DNA of 64,000 nucleotides, from positions 128,001 to 192,000 of the forward strand of contig CAWHHI010000008.1 of NCBI GenBank assembly GCA_963829055.1, read 5' to 3'. Shown here in pieces: positions 28,563-38,911 of this stretch. Both the position numbers and the translations under genes were made by a program. Every line of letters starts with the position of its first letter. Positions within the stretch are counted from its first letter, which is position 1. The stretch is from an uncultured Gemmatimonadaceae bacterium (GTDB taxonomy: Bacteria; Gemmatimonadota; Gemmatimonadetes; Gemmatimonadales; Gemmatimonadaceae). The notes beneath the pieces are model-generated. The model was not told the DNA's origin. It was given only the letters and a program-made list of their open reading frames with translations, and ran no database searches.

Positions 28563-31409
28563 CTAGCGGCCGCGGCGACGACGCCCGCGCGGGGCCGCTC
28601 CGCCGGGACCTCGGCCGCGCGGCGGCGAGCCGTCACCGCCGGGACCGCAATGCCGCGGTCCACTGCCATCGCCGCGCCGCGCCGCCCTGCCCCGCGGCGG
28701 GCGCTTGTCACGGCGGAACTCGCCGGCAAGCTCGCGAACCCGTCGTTCATCGCGTGGCGTGAGGTCCGTCGACGGCTCGTCGCGCACGACTTCATCCGGC
28801 GACCACGGGCGGTCGAGCAGGTCCTGCAGCTCGGCGAGTGTCGTCGCGCGCACGGCGCCACGCGGCCCACGAAGCACCGTGAAGCGAATCGGGCGATCGA
28901 GCGCAGGCAACTCCTCTTCCGTCATCGTCCGCGCGAGCTTCTCCGGCAGGCGCAGCCTCGCGACGCCACGCGGTGTTCCGCTCACGTCCTCGACGTCGTA
29001 GTCGATGGGAACAGTGCGACCGCGGACGTCGACGGCATCCGGCAGCGCGAGGAAGGTCGCTCGCACGTCTGGAGCGACGATGGCATCGAAGTCGATCGGG
29101 AGCTGCGACGCCCGAAATTCGTCCATCGATCGCACACCCCCCAGTGCGCGCTCGTAGAGCGGCGTGAGCTCCGCCACTCCAAGGCGCGGAGTCGCGGCCC
29201 CTGAGCGTCGATAGACCTCGCGGATCTCCTCAATGACGGAGCGATGCCGCTTGAGCGCGGGATGGCGCGCCTCGCCACGCGCGAGCGAATCGGCGAGCAA
29301 GGATCTGATGCGATCCTCGAGCTCGGGCGGAAAATCGTCCAGCGGCTCATACTCGCGATCGAGCTCGAAGCCGTGGTACTGCAGCGTTCGTCGGAGCGCG
29401 AGCGACCCGTGCTTCCGGCGCGGATCGTAGACGACTTCGCCCGCCCCGCGGGTTGCATAACGCTGCACCAGCTCGGGCGGGATCTGCGTACCCTCGATCG
29501 ACGCGCGAGGAATACCGAATCGGTCAGCGAAGTAGCGAAGCTCTCCGGCGATCGGTCCCCAGCTGCCACACACGCTCGTCTTCGAAACGCGTGCTTCGTC
29601 GCCGTCGGCCGTCTGCTCGTCGATCACGAGGTCGAACGGCATGAAGCGCGCGAGCAGGTCGGCGAAGCGTCTGCGCGTGTCTTCGCGCGCATACGAGAGG
29701 TGATCCGGGAGCGGCAGGCCGACGCCACGGTAGACGCTCGCCATCGCGAGCGCGGCGTCCTCGATCGCCTTCACCAGCACGCCGCGCTGCTCAGCCCACT
29801 CCTCGATGCGCTCGTCGAACAGATGCCGAGGCAGCCCGTAGACTTCACCCATGTAGCCGGCGCTCGTGAACGCTTCGGCGTACACGTTGTAGGCCGTGAG
29901 GTGATCGCTCCCCGCGACGATCAGCCCCTCGAGATCGCGATCCTCGCGCGTCATGCGGTGCAGCGACTCGATCGAGCTCATCACGGCGAGATACGGAATC
30001 ATGTCGTCGTCCGCATTGACGACCAACTCCGCCCACGGCCGGTCCACCGGCAGTGCCTCGACCAGCTTGCCATAACGCGACAGCCGCCCGTTTTCGATGA
30101 TACCGCGCGATTCCAGATGGGCTACGGCCTCGCGATACGCGCGTCTGTCGAGCGCGATCGGGAGGTCCAGCTCGTCCGCGCGCACACCGAGGTCGGCACA
30201 CGTGAGCGCGACGCGTTCGGAATCACCGGCGAGCTGGAACTCGGGCTCTGTTGGGCGTAACGCGTAGAAATCGATGTCACGGTCGGACAGGATGAACACC
30301 CGCCCACCCTCCACGCGGCCGTGTACGCGGCCAGCCATCTGGAGGATCTCGTTCGCGCCGAGGTGCAGGCGCGTCAGCACGTTCTTTCCGCGCTCGATGA
30401 TGTTCGCGAACCGCGTGTCATCGATGATGACGGTATCGAGGCCCTTCACGTTCAGAGCGGACTGCCCGGCAGCGGTCATCGAGAGAAAAAACGGCTTCTC
30501 CGCCCCATCTTCGAGGAATGGACGGATGATGCGAATCGGCTCGCCGCCGTGATAGAACGCGCTCGTGATACGCGGGAACCGATCGGCCACATAGCGCGCA
30601 GCCTCCTCCACGGAGGCTCGCGTCGGCAGGAACATCCCGACGCCGCGCTGCTGCCTAACGACCTGTTGGAGGAACTTGTCGTTGAGGAACTGCACCGGCT
30701 GCTCGCGGACCACCTTCACCGACGCCGCCCGCTTCGGATCGAACGCGAAGCTCTGCACCACGGCGGTGGAGTTCAGATACCGCGCATAGAACGTCGGGTC
30801 GACCGTGGCCGATAGCCAGATGAACCGGCATCCGACGCGCTTTCCGAGCGCCAGACAGAGTTCCAGCTCAGCCGACGTCTGATGGATCTCGTCGACGATG
30901 AGCGTGTCGTTCTTCAGGATGTCGCCGTCCTGGAACCAGCGGCGCGCGATGCCGGTTGTGACGATGATCACGTTCCACGTCGGTGTCTCCGGCGTGGCCT
31001 CGCGCTCGCGGTTCACCACCCCGACGCGGAGGGGAGCGCGAAGGATTTCCTCCGCGATCGGTCTGACGGCGAGCGTTTTTCCCGTACCGGTGCCGGCCAC
31101 GATCCCGAAGGGGCGGCCGTCACGCGCGAGCGCGCGGACTTCCTCACCGTGTTCGCGCTCGAGGAACGTGTCGATGTGCAGCCCGAGCGCGATCTCGATC
31201 GTCTCGCATGCCGCGCGTGTGGGCGCGATGACGATCACGCGCCCCGTTGGGGGCTCCGCGGCGACGAACGCGCCGTGATCCGGCGGGAGCGAGCGGTCCT
31301 GGACCTGTCGAAGCACGAGTCGAAGGGGTGCAAAGACGAAGCCGTCGCTGGACGGGAGATCGAGCTCTCCGTTCGCGACGGCCTGGGCAATGTACTCCGC
31401 CTCACGCAT
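28563..31409 (-). CDS. HrpB-like DExH-box helicase with atypical motif order
   Basis: AGTGTGKT, DEIH, SAT, FLPT, QMAGR; HA2-like region, HrpB-C-like tail and Arg/Gly-rich end. Confidence 0.85.
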   Translation of the reverse strand: MREAEYIAQAVANGELDLPSSDGFVFAPLRLVLRQVQDRSLPPDHGAFVAAEPPTGRVIVIAPTRAACETIEIALGLHIDTFLEREHGEEVRALARDGRPFGIVAGTGTGKTLAVRPIAEEILRAPLRVGVVNREREATPETPTWNVIIVTTGIARRWFQDGDILKNDTLIVDEIHQTSAELELCLALGKRVGCRFIWLSATVDPTFYARYLNSTAVVQSFAFDPKRAASVKVVREQPVQFLNDKFLQQVVRQQRGVGMFLPTRASVEEAARYVADRFPRITSAFYHGGEPIRIIRPFLEDGAEKPFFLSMTAAGQSALNVKGLDTVIIDDTRFANIIERGKNVLTRLHLGANEILQMAGRVHGRVEGGRVFILSDRDIDFYALRPTEPEFQLAGDSERVALTCADLGVRADELDLPIALDRRAYREAVAHLESRGIIENGRLSRYGKLVEALPVDRPWAELVVNADDDMIPYLAVMSSIESLHRMTREDRDLEGLIVAGSDHLTAYNVYAEAFTSAGYMGEVYGLPRHLFDERIEEWAEQRGVLVKAIEDAALAMASVYRGVGLPLPDHLSYAREDTRRRFADLLARFMPFDLVIDEQTADGDEARVSKTSVCGSWGPIAGELRYFADRFGIPRASIEGTQIPPELVQRYATRGAGEVVYDPRRKHGSLALRRTLQYHGFELDREYEPLDDFPPELEDRIRSLLADSLARGEARHPALKRHRSVIEEIREVYRRSGAATPRLGVAELTPLYERALGGVRSMDEFRASQLPIDFDAIVAPDVRATFLALPDAVDVRGRTVPIDYDVEDVSGTPRGVARLRLPEKLARTMTEEELPALDRPIRFTVLRGPRGAVRATTLAELQDLLDRPWSPDEVVRDEPSTDLTPRDERRVRELAGEFRRDKRPPRGRAARRGDGSGPRHCGPGGDGSPPRGRGPGGAAPRGRRRRGR

Positions 31410-31453
31410 CGCGGCGAACTAGCGCCGCGATGTCCTGCTTCACTACTGCAGTT

Positions 31454-31843
31454 CTACTGGTTCCGCGGCTGATCCGGCTTCACGGGCTTCCGATCGGGGG
31501 TGACCGTTTTCTCCGGAACCTCGGGCAACTTGCGCGGGGGCGGCTGCGGTGGTGGATCCTGTAACGATTTCACGAGCGGCAGCCGCGGATTCCGGGGCTC
31601 ATCGCTGTAGATGAGCCGTCCGTTGCGCGGCAGATTGCGGGCAGCACTCGCGCAATCCGTCGGGGCGGGTTGCTGCGCCGGCGGAACGTTCTCCAGCCAG
31701 ATGCGGCACATCCCCGGCGGCGGGAGATGCGTGCGCGGGACGGATGTCTTTGGGTCCTGAGGTTGAGGCCGCGCCTGAGCTTCCAGCGAGGCGCCACCAG
31801 CCACCATCGCGGCAAACACGAGCGCATACAGACTGCGTTTCAT
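31454..31843 (-). CDS. Secreted Pro-rich hypothetical protein
   Basis: Signal peptide (MKRS...LEA), HLPPPGMCRIW...PPAQQPAPTDC motif and GGAG RBS. Confidence 0.7.
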   Translation of the reverse strand: MKRSLYALVFAAMVAGGASLEAQARPQPQDPKTSVPRTHLPPPGMCRIWLENVPPAQQPAPTDCASAARNLPRNGRLIYSDEPRNPRLPLVKSLQDPPPQPPPRKLPEVPEKTVTPDRKPVKPDQPRNQ

Positions 31844-31883
31844 TGACGCTCCAGAAAAACTGCAAGACGACGACAACTGTACA

Positions 31884-31949
31884 GGCACACCTGGTGCCGC
31901 TTTGCCGACGTCGGCGCCTTCCCGTAACCGAATCCTATTCAACGCTTTA
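31884..31949 (-). promoter_or_regulatory. Candidate sigma54 promoter (31884-31899) with upstream IHF-like site (31937-31949)
   Basis: CGGCACCAGGTGTGCC has GG-N10-GC spacing; ATTCAACGCTTTA is one mismatch from WATCAANNNNTTR. Confidence 0.45.
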
Positions 31950-32093
31950 GAAAGCGCAATCAAGCGGTCTCTCCGTCTGCCGTCCGCCTATGAGGACGAC
32001 CGAACCGGGAATGAGGACAGCCGACATGCGCCAGCGTGTATGAAAGTACCCCTCTGCGACGGTACAGTTCGCGCTCGGCGCGATAATCCGGCG

Positions 32094-33173
32094 TCAGTCA
32101 CCGAACGAGATACCCGTCGCCCGCGCGGTGAGCACGGTATCGTGGTTCGGATCGACCCGCTTTGCCTCGCCCAGAGCCTGGACGATGGGGATCGTCACGA
32201 TGTGCGGCGACTGTAGCGCCACCATGGACCCCCACTGCGCGTCGGCCACGGCGCGGACGGCGGCGCCGCCGAAGCGCGCCGCCAGAAGACGGTCGTAGCC
32301 GGTCGGTTGCCCGCCACGCTGCAAGTGACCCAGGACCAGTGATCGGGTCTCCTTGCCGGTCATCGTCTGAATCTCGCGCGCGATCGTGTCCGCGATCCCA
32401 CCAACGCGCCGCGCCTCCCCGGGCAACGACTGGCCGATGGACGACTCGTGGCCACCGCGTGAAAATGCGCCCTCCGCGGCGACCACAATGGAGAAGTGCC
32501 TGCCAGCGCGATCACGCTCCATGATCTTTTCGCAGACCTTCGTGATGTCGTACGGGATTTCGGGAATGAGAATCACATCGGCGGTACCGGCCAGTCCGCT
32601 GTGCAGCGCAATGAATCCCGCGTGACGACCCATGACCTCCATCACGATGACCCGGTCGTGGCTCTCGGCCGTCGTGTGCAGTTTGTCGATCGCCTCGAGC
32701 GCCGTGTTCACGGCGGTATCGAAGCCGAACGTCGTGACGGTACCACTCACGTCGTTGTCGATCGTCTTCGGCACGCCCACAATCTTCATCCCGCATTCGT
32801 GCAATCGCTGCGCGATGGCGAGCGAGCCGTCGCCGCCGATGGTGATGACGGCGTCGATGCCGAGGGCGCGTGCGTTCTCGAGCAACTCGTTCGAGCGGTC
32901 GGTCTCGACGAATGATCCGTCAGGCTGCCGAATCGGGTAATGGAACGGATTGCCGCGGTTCGTCGTGCGGAGGATCGTCCCGCCAAGGTGGGCAATCCCG
33001 CGCACGGATTCGCGCGTTAGGCTCACACACTGGTCCTCACCGAGCAGCCCCGCGAACCCTTTCCGGATTCCGATGACTTCCCATCCGCGACCGAGTGCCG
33101 ACAGGACCGCGGCGCGAATGACCGCGTTGAGGCCGGGCGCGTCACCGCCGCCGGTCGAGATCGCGATTCTCAT
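32094..33173 (-). CDS. pfkA: 6-phosphofructokinase (PfkA family)
   Basis: GGGDAPGLN, GGT, GGDGS, PKTIDND, EVMGR and LGHLQRGG motifs. Confidence 0.95.
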   Translation of the reverse strand: MRIAISTGGGDAPGLNAVIRAAVLSALGRGWEVIGIRKGFAGLLGEDQCVSLTRESVRGIAHLGGTILRTTNRGNPFHYPIRQPDGSFVETDRSNELLENARALGIDAVITIGGDGSLAIAQRLHECGMKIVGVPKTIDNDVSGTVTTFGFDTAVNTALEAIDKLHTTAESHDRVIVMEVMGRHAGFIALHSGLAGTADVILIPEIPYDITKVCEKIMERDRAGRHFSIVVAAEGAFSRGGHESSIGQSLPGEARRVGGIADTIAREIQTMTGKETRSLVLGHLQRGGQPTGYDRLLAARFGGAAVRAVADAQWGSMVALQSPHIVTIPIVQALGEAKRVDPNHDTVLTARATGISFGD

Positions 33174-33394
33174 GCTGTTCGCAACATGCGCACGACCTCT
33201 CCCGGCAGCGCGTGCCGCCCGAGCTTGGACTTTTCGAATACAGGGTGCCCGTCCCGACTCACCTCGAAGCGTCCGCCGCCCGACGGAATCAGTTCGACGT
33301 GCGCGTCCGGAAATGCCTCTCTGATCTCGGCCGCCAACCTGGCGGCCCGCGGTTCGTACGTTCAGACCGTGCAGTATTCGATCGTGATGGTCAT
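33170..33394 (-). CDS. SelT/SelW/SelH (Rdx) family selenoprotein with CxxU motif (UGA at 33364-33362); alternative in-frame ATG at 33421
   Basis: Manual translation: MTITIEYCTV-U-TYEPRAARLAAEIREAFPDAHVELIPSGGGRFEVSRDGHPVFEKSKLGRHALPGEVVRMLRTA*. Rdx signatures IEYCxxU and GGRFEV are present; absent from the ORF track. Confidence 0.88.
33329..33347 (-). promoter_or_regulatory. Bacterial SECIS element candidate
   Basis: GGCCGCCA-GGU-UGGCGGCC 8-bp hairpin with a G-containing loop, starting 14 nt after the in-frame UGA. Confidence 0.7.
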
Positions 33395-33425
33395 CGGTCC
33401 AATGGTCTGTGTTATTGCCATGCGG

Positions 33426-36400
33426 TCAGTGCTGCCGGTCAGCGCCCGTGCTGTCCATGACGCGACCTGTCGGGCTCGGGCATCGGGTGCCGGAGCAGGT
33501 GTCGCCGAGGCTGTTCCAGTTGGCGATCGCGTTCAGTGCAAGCGCCCACGAACCCTGCGTCTGATATCGCCAGAACGGACGGATCGCGAACATCACGACG
33601 TGCCCGTTGCCGAGGGGTGCGTCCACGACAGCCGCCTTGCCTTGCATGTCCTGTGGGTTGTTGAGCATTCCGGAAATGCCTAGCGAGTCGGCGCGATCCA
33701 CAAAACGCAAGATCACGCGAGGGCGCACGCGAGCCTGTGCCGCGAGGAAGGTCGAGTCGACCGTGCCGCCATCGCCCTGTCCTTGCCCGCCAGTCTGCAC
33801 TTGCAGCAGCGGTGTCTGATTGAAGTAGACCGGGAAACTCTTGCTGACATCATACCCATAGAGAATCGGGCTCGAAGACGTCACCTGCTCCGCTCGGAAG
33901 ATGGCCCCGCGGGCACCGAGCGTACGCGACTGGACCTCGGTGACGCTCGGCGTTAGGCCGAGCTCCATCGGAAACCGACTCGTGGAACCTTCGACGAGCA
34001 ACAATCCGCCGCGCTCGACGAAGCGTCGCACCTGTGCCGCACCTTCCAGACCCATGCCGGGACGAATGTCGTCGGTCTCATCCCATTTGCCGAGATGCGG
34101 CGTCTGTGCCGATGCCTTCCACGGAACAGCTGGCCCGACCATCGGGCGGCCGTTCACGAGTGACATGCCGCCCTGACCCGAGTGCGGGAAGATGACCACG
34201 TCGTACCGATCGAGCACACCGGGCGCCCGGAGCTTCTGGTCGGCCATGTACGTGTAGGGAATTCCCATCTTGTCGAGCGAGAACCGCACCCAGCCTTCGT
34301 TCTGCGTCTCTTGCCAGGTGTGGATGTACGCGATTCGCGGCACGGAGATCGGATGCGTCCGAACACTTGGCGCCGCGGGCACCGCGTTCGCGACCAGTCC
34401 GAGGTCGCGTACCGCATCGCGAACCTTCGGCGCATCGGCGACGATGAACGTGCCTGCGGGGTAGCTCACCGAGTTGCTCGTGAACGCACTGTCGGCGACG
34501 AGGACGCGCCCACCTGCTTTCCACGGGAGCACGGCCGATCGCCAGTCACCGATGTGCCTCACGAGCAAGGTGCCGCCTGAGCCGTTCACTCGTCCCGCGA
34601 CAGCCGCGTCACTGGTGAGCGGACGCATCGGCTTGGAGAGAATCGTAGAATCGCTGATGGTGTACGTCTCGACGTGACGCAGCTCGTCGATCGTCCACCC
34701 GGTGTCGTCGTACGGCGACGGATCATCCGGCTTGTAGCGCTGGATCGCGAGCATCGTGCGGATCATCTGCGTGTACGGCTGGTCCATGCGTACGATCCAA
34801 TCGCCCGCATGAACAGTGACGGGGCCGGTCGCCCGAGGGCGCCCGGCAGCGCGTGTGCCCGCTTCGCCCCCCGCCAAGCGCGCCGATTGCGCTGAATCCC
34901 CGGGCTGCGTTGGCCGAGCGGCGTTTGCGGCCGATGCTGCGCCACCTGACGCGGCTGTGGTTCGGGTCGCGCTATCCGCTCGCGAGCTGTCCGCGGACGC
35001 TGTGCGCTGCGCACCGGCCGCCGTACTGCCCGACGTCGACGCGGGCAGCGGTCCGCGGTCTTCGATGACACGCGCTCCACGCTCGACAGTGAACTCGCTC
35101 GTCGCCTCGTGAATCTCTGCCGCCTGCAGACGAAACAGATTCACGAGATCCGCCGCCTCGGCCGCGTGACGCTGGTCGCGCGGAATCACGAACGCATACG
35201 GCGCGGACGTGGTCCCACGCGCGATCATGCGTTCCGCCTTGCGCGACGTTGTTCTCGAGAAACGTCGTGCGGTGGTCGCCCGACGTACTTGAGCGCGATG
35301 AGCGCGCCTGACTGCTGATAGTTGATGTTGCTGCGGATGCACCAGCGCACGCCGTTGATCGGCGGATTCGGACGATCCCAACTGCGACCCGTCTGCGCAG
35401 CGCCGAGGTCCACCGTCTGACATTCGGCGCCGCCCGACGTGTACGTCTCGTAGAACCGTCCGATCGAGTTGTGGAACTGCGCGATCGCCATGACGTAGTT
35501 AGGCGCCCATCCATCGTAGAAGCCGTGCGTCCACACGCCCGGCGAGCCCACGACGCGTCAGCTCGGTGATCTCCTGATACGCGAGCGTGTGCCATTCGGA
35601 GATCGCGATCGGATCGAACTCGTCGTTGTAGGGGCCAGTGCCGGTGCTGATGTACAGGAACGGCACCGACTCGTGCAGGTCATGCGTGATCGTCGGGTGC
35701 CACTGGAGGAAGCCCTTCAGGTAGTTCTGCGTGATCTTCTGCGACACGACCATGCCGTCGCGGTTGTTGTCGTGCGCCGTGTACTTGCCCCAGTAGACGA
35801 GGTTGCGGCCGCGGCACCTTCAGCAGCTTCGACTGGTTGTACGACGTCCACCATCGCGATCGCGGCCATCCACTTCCTGTACCGGCGTGATGAGCGTGAT
35901 GACGTTGGACGCGGATATCGCGCACGAACTCGCCCTCATCCACCGCGAGACGATAGGCGAGCTCCATCAGCATCTCGGGACTGCCGGTCTCCGGCGAGTG
36001 GATCGAGCCGAGCAGCCAGTAGATCGGCTTTGCCTCATGAATGAGTCGCGCACGCTCGGCAGCAGAGAGGCCTCGCGGGTCGGCGAGGCGCGCCGTCATC
36101 GCGCGGTACTCGTCGAGCCGGCGAATCGTTTCCTCGTCGGCCACGGCCAGCGACGATCTCTTCACGGTCCTCGTCGCTCATGCCGAACGACATGAGACGC
36201 GTGCGCGTCGGAGCGCGGCGGCCACCGCGCGGAAGTATCTGTTGACGTCCGCCACGTGCGAGAGCTTTCCCACGGTCCCGGGAACGTAGCCGAGGACCTT
36301 GAGCGGCGTCGGGACGGTGGCCGACGCTCGGCAGATAGTCGACGAGCTCGGTGGTGAACTTCCACTTGGGATCCGTCGGCGTGAGCTCCCGGATCTTCGC

Positions 36401-36514
36401 CGTATACTCGGCATCAATCAGAGAGCCGGCCGGTAACTGCGCCGCCATTCCGGTCGGTGCAGTGAGCACCGTGGCGAACAACGCGAGCGAGGCGACGACC
36501 GTAGCGTGGCGCAT
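33426..36514 (-). CDS. Secreted M14-family zinc carboxypeptidase-like protein (multiple frameshifts between ~35250 and 36330)
   Basis: Signal peptide, IHSPE (HxxE), HDNNRD and HDLHE motifs, and a C-terminal GATase1-like domain; segments lie in successive frames. Confidence 0.8.
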
Positions 36515-36551
36515 GACTTCGACTTGGGTTCGAGGGCAGATCCCGCGCGGC

Positions 36552-36788
36552 TCAGCGCGAGAGCGGGAAACCGGAGAGATTCGCAATCTGTCGGATGACG
36601 CTGTCCTGTTTGGCCACGACCGCGCGCAACGAGTCGACCTGTTGCTGGAGCGCGGCGTTGTCCTGTCGCAGGTCGTTCAGACCGTCACCGAGTTGAATGA
36701 TCTGTTCGCTCATGGCGATGTCCGCCTTGCTCGTGGGGCACGCGGTACAGATCACGGCCAGCATGAGCGCGGACACGACGCGTAGCAT
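36552..36788 (-). CDS. Small lipoprotein with coiled coil
   Basis: Hydrophobic leader ending CTAC; heptad LRQDNAALQQQVDSLRAVV. Confidence 0.65.
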   Translation of the reverse strand: MLRVVSALMLAVICTACPTSKADIAMSEQIIQLGDGLNDLRQDNAALQQQVDSLRAVVAKQDSVIRQIANLSGFPLSR

Positions 36789-36913
36789 CGATGTTCCTCG
36801 TCGGTCGGTGGAATCGAGTGCACGGCAGCGAAACGGTTTGGCATGCGTTCCCGAGATGGCAGGACGCGACCCGTCGGATCGTATGGTGCGCTTGCCGCTT
36901 ACGGAAGGGAACG

Positions 36914-37334
36914 ATGCGACGTGGCACCACCGTGCCCGAATTGGTCGTGGTTTTGACAGTGGTTGGGGTGCTAGTCACTATCGCGCTCACACGTGCACGC
37001 GGGGTGCGCGACCGCGTGAGCGTGCGCGCGGCAGCCTCGGAAACCGTCGCGACGTTCGCGCTGGCGCGCCGCTGGTCGTTGTCGCGAGCCTCGCGCACCG
37101 CCATCACGTTCGACACCATGTCGGCAACCGCTCATCGTTCGGAGTTACGCCGACACCATCGCGCGCCGCTCGCTGAGATCGTCGCACGGTGTTGGCCTGT
37201 CGGCATCGCGCGACTCGATGGCCTATGCGCCTAACGGGCTGGGCTACGGAGCGTCGAACCTCACGCTGGTGTTGCGGCGAGGTGACGCTGCGGAGACAGT
37301 CTTCGTATCGCGGTTGGGCCGCGTGCGTCGGTAA
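36914..37334 (+). CDS. Type IV minor pilin/pseudopilin (FimT/GspH-like), frameshift near 37128
   Basis: MRRG|TTVPELVVVL prepilin motif; the shifted frame ends ...YAPNGLG...VSRLGRVRR*, a FimT-like C-terminus. Confidence 0.75.
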
Positions 37335-37355
37335 CGGCAGGTCAGGTATGGATGC

Positions 37356-37386
37356 ACGAGGGGCCGGCGGAATGCCGGCCCCTCGT
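37356..37386. terminator. Strong hairpin between convergent genes
   Basis: ACGAGGGGCCGGC-GGAAT-GCCGGCCCCTCGT, 13-bp perfect stem. Confidence 0.65.
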
Positions 37387-37411
37387 CAGGTCGACACCTC
37401 CTATCGTGCGT

Positions 37412-38620
37412 TCAGTCGGCCGCGACTGTCCCGAAATCGAATCCCGGCACCGAGATTCGCGGGATCTGCTGTCCGATCACGCGTTCGATCGTGCGAACCA
37501 TCGCGATCTCATCCGGCGACATGAACGTGTATGCGTCACCGGTGGCTGCGGCTCTCCCTGTGCGCCCAATGCGGTGGACGTAGTCCTCGGGCTGCTGCGG
37601 GACGTCGTAGTTGATGACGTGCGAGATCCCGGAAATGTCGAGCCCGCGCTGAGCGATGTCCGTGGCTACCAGCACGCGGATCGCGCCGCTCTTGAATCCC
37701 TCCAGCGCCTGCGTGCGCTGCGCCTGCGACTTGTCGGCGTGCATCGCGGTAGCGGTGATGCCGCCGCGCTCGAGATGGCGCACTACGCGATCCGCCCCGT
37801 GCTTCGTGCGGCTGAAGATGAGCACGGAGTCCATCTCCGGCTTGCGGAGCAACTCGACCAGCAACGCGCTCTTCTTGTCGCGCGGAACCGGGTACACCGC
37901 GTGAGCGACGGTGCTGGCGGCAGACGACCGCCGTCCGACCTGCACGACAACGGGCTTCCGTAGATACTTCCGCGCGAGTGCCTCGACCTCGGGCGGCATC
38001 GTCGCGCTGAATAGCAGCGTTTGCCTGTAGCGCGGGATCTCGCTGACGATGCGGTTGATCTGCGGCGCGAACCCCATGTCGAGCATCCGATCCGCTTCGT
38101 CGAGGACCAGCACTTCGAGATCGTCGAAGTTCACGTTCTGCCGCTCGACGTGGTCGATCAAGCGTCCCGGCGTGGCAACGACAACGTCGACGCCGGCCCT
38201 CAGCGCTCGCTCCTGGGGCTCGATGGGCACGCCGCCAAATACCGGGGCAACGCTCAGACCAGAATGTTTGCCGTACTTCCGAAAGCTGTCTTCTACCTGC
38301 GCCGCGAGCTCGCGAGTTGGCGTAAGGATCAGGACGCGAGTTCGCTTCGGGCCTTCGACTAGCCGATTGATGATCGGAAGTGTGAACGCCGCCGTTTTCC
38401 CGGTCCCTGTGTTCGCGAGGCCGATCATGTCGCGGCCGCTCAGCGCGAGGGGAATCGCTTCTCGCTGAATCGGAGTGGGGTGGGTGTATCCCGCGTCTCG
38501 GACGGCGGCGAGCACCTGCTCGCATAGACCAAGATCGTCGAATGTGCCAAGAGCTTCAGCTACTGGGAGAGCAGTTTCTGTGTCGATTGTGTCGATATCG
38601 ATTGTGTGTGTCGTTTCCAT
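37412..38620 (-). CDS. DEAD-box RNA helicase (RhlE-like)
   Basis: Q motif (PTPIQ), GTGKT, PTRELA, TPGRL, DEAD, SAT and HRIGRTGR motifs. Confidence 0.95.
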   Translation of the reverse strand: METTHTIDIDTIDTETALPVAEALGTFDDLGLCEQVLAAVRDAGYTHPTPIQREAIPLALSGRDMIGLANTGTGKTAAFTLPIINRLVEGPKRTRVLILTPTRELAAQVEDSFRKYGKHSGLSVAPVFGGVPIEPQERALRAGVDVVVATPGRLIDHVERQNVNFDDLEVLVLDEADRMLDMGFAPQINRIVSEIPRYRQTLLFSATMPPEVEALARKYLRKPVVVQVGRRSSAASTVAHAVYPVPRDKKSALLVELLRKPEMDSVLIFSRTKHGADRVVRHLERGGITATAMHADKSQAQRTQALEGFKSGAIRVLVATDIAQRGLDISGISHVINYDVPQQPEDYVHRIGRTGRAAATGDAYTFMSPDEIAMVRTIERVIGQQIPRISVPGFDFGTVAAD

Positions 38621-38911
38621 TGAGTCCCATGTGAGCGCGCCGGGGCCGCTTGCTCGAGGACGTCTCGAGACCGGCGCACGAGTACAACAACTCGGCGCGC
38701 TCGAACGAGCACGCCAAGACGAATCTCTTGCTGAAGAGATATTCTGCGGGGCAGAGATTGGCTCTTCGGTGAGCCAATGCCGCAAGCGGTGGGATCGGCT
38801 CCACGGGCGACGACCGGCGCCTTGTGGACGCAGTAGCGAAGCTCGTGCGCTAAACCTAAACCGCGGCGATACTTGGCGCCACGGAGGCCCGGCAGGACAC
38901 CGGGACTCGGC

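Noticed and set aside
38579..38613. Short GTGTCGAT-type tandem repeat
   Set aside because: It only encodes the low-complexity N-terminus (TIDIDTIDT) of the helicase; it is not a CRISPR array or meaningful VNTR.
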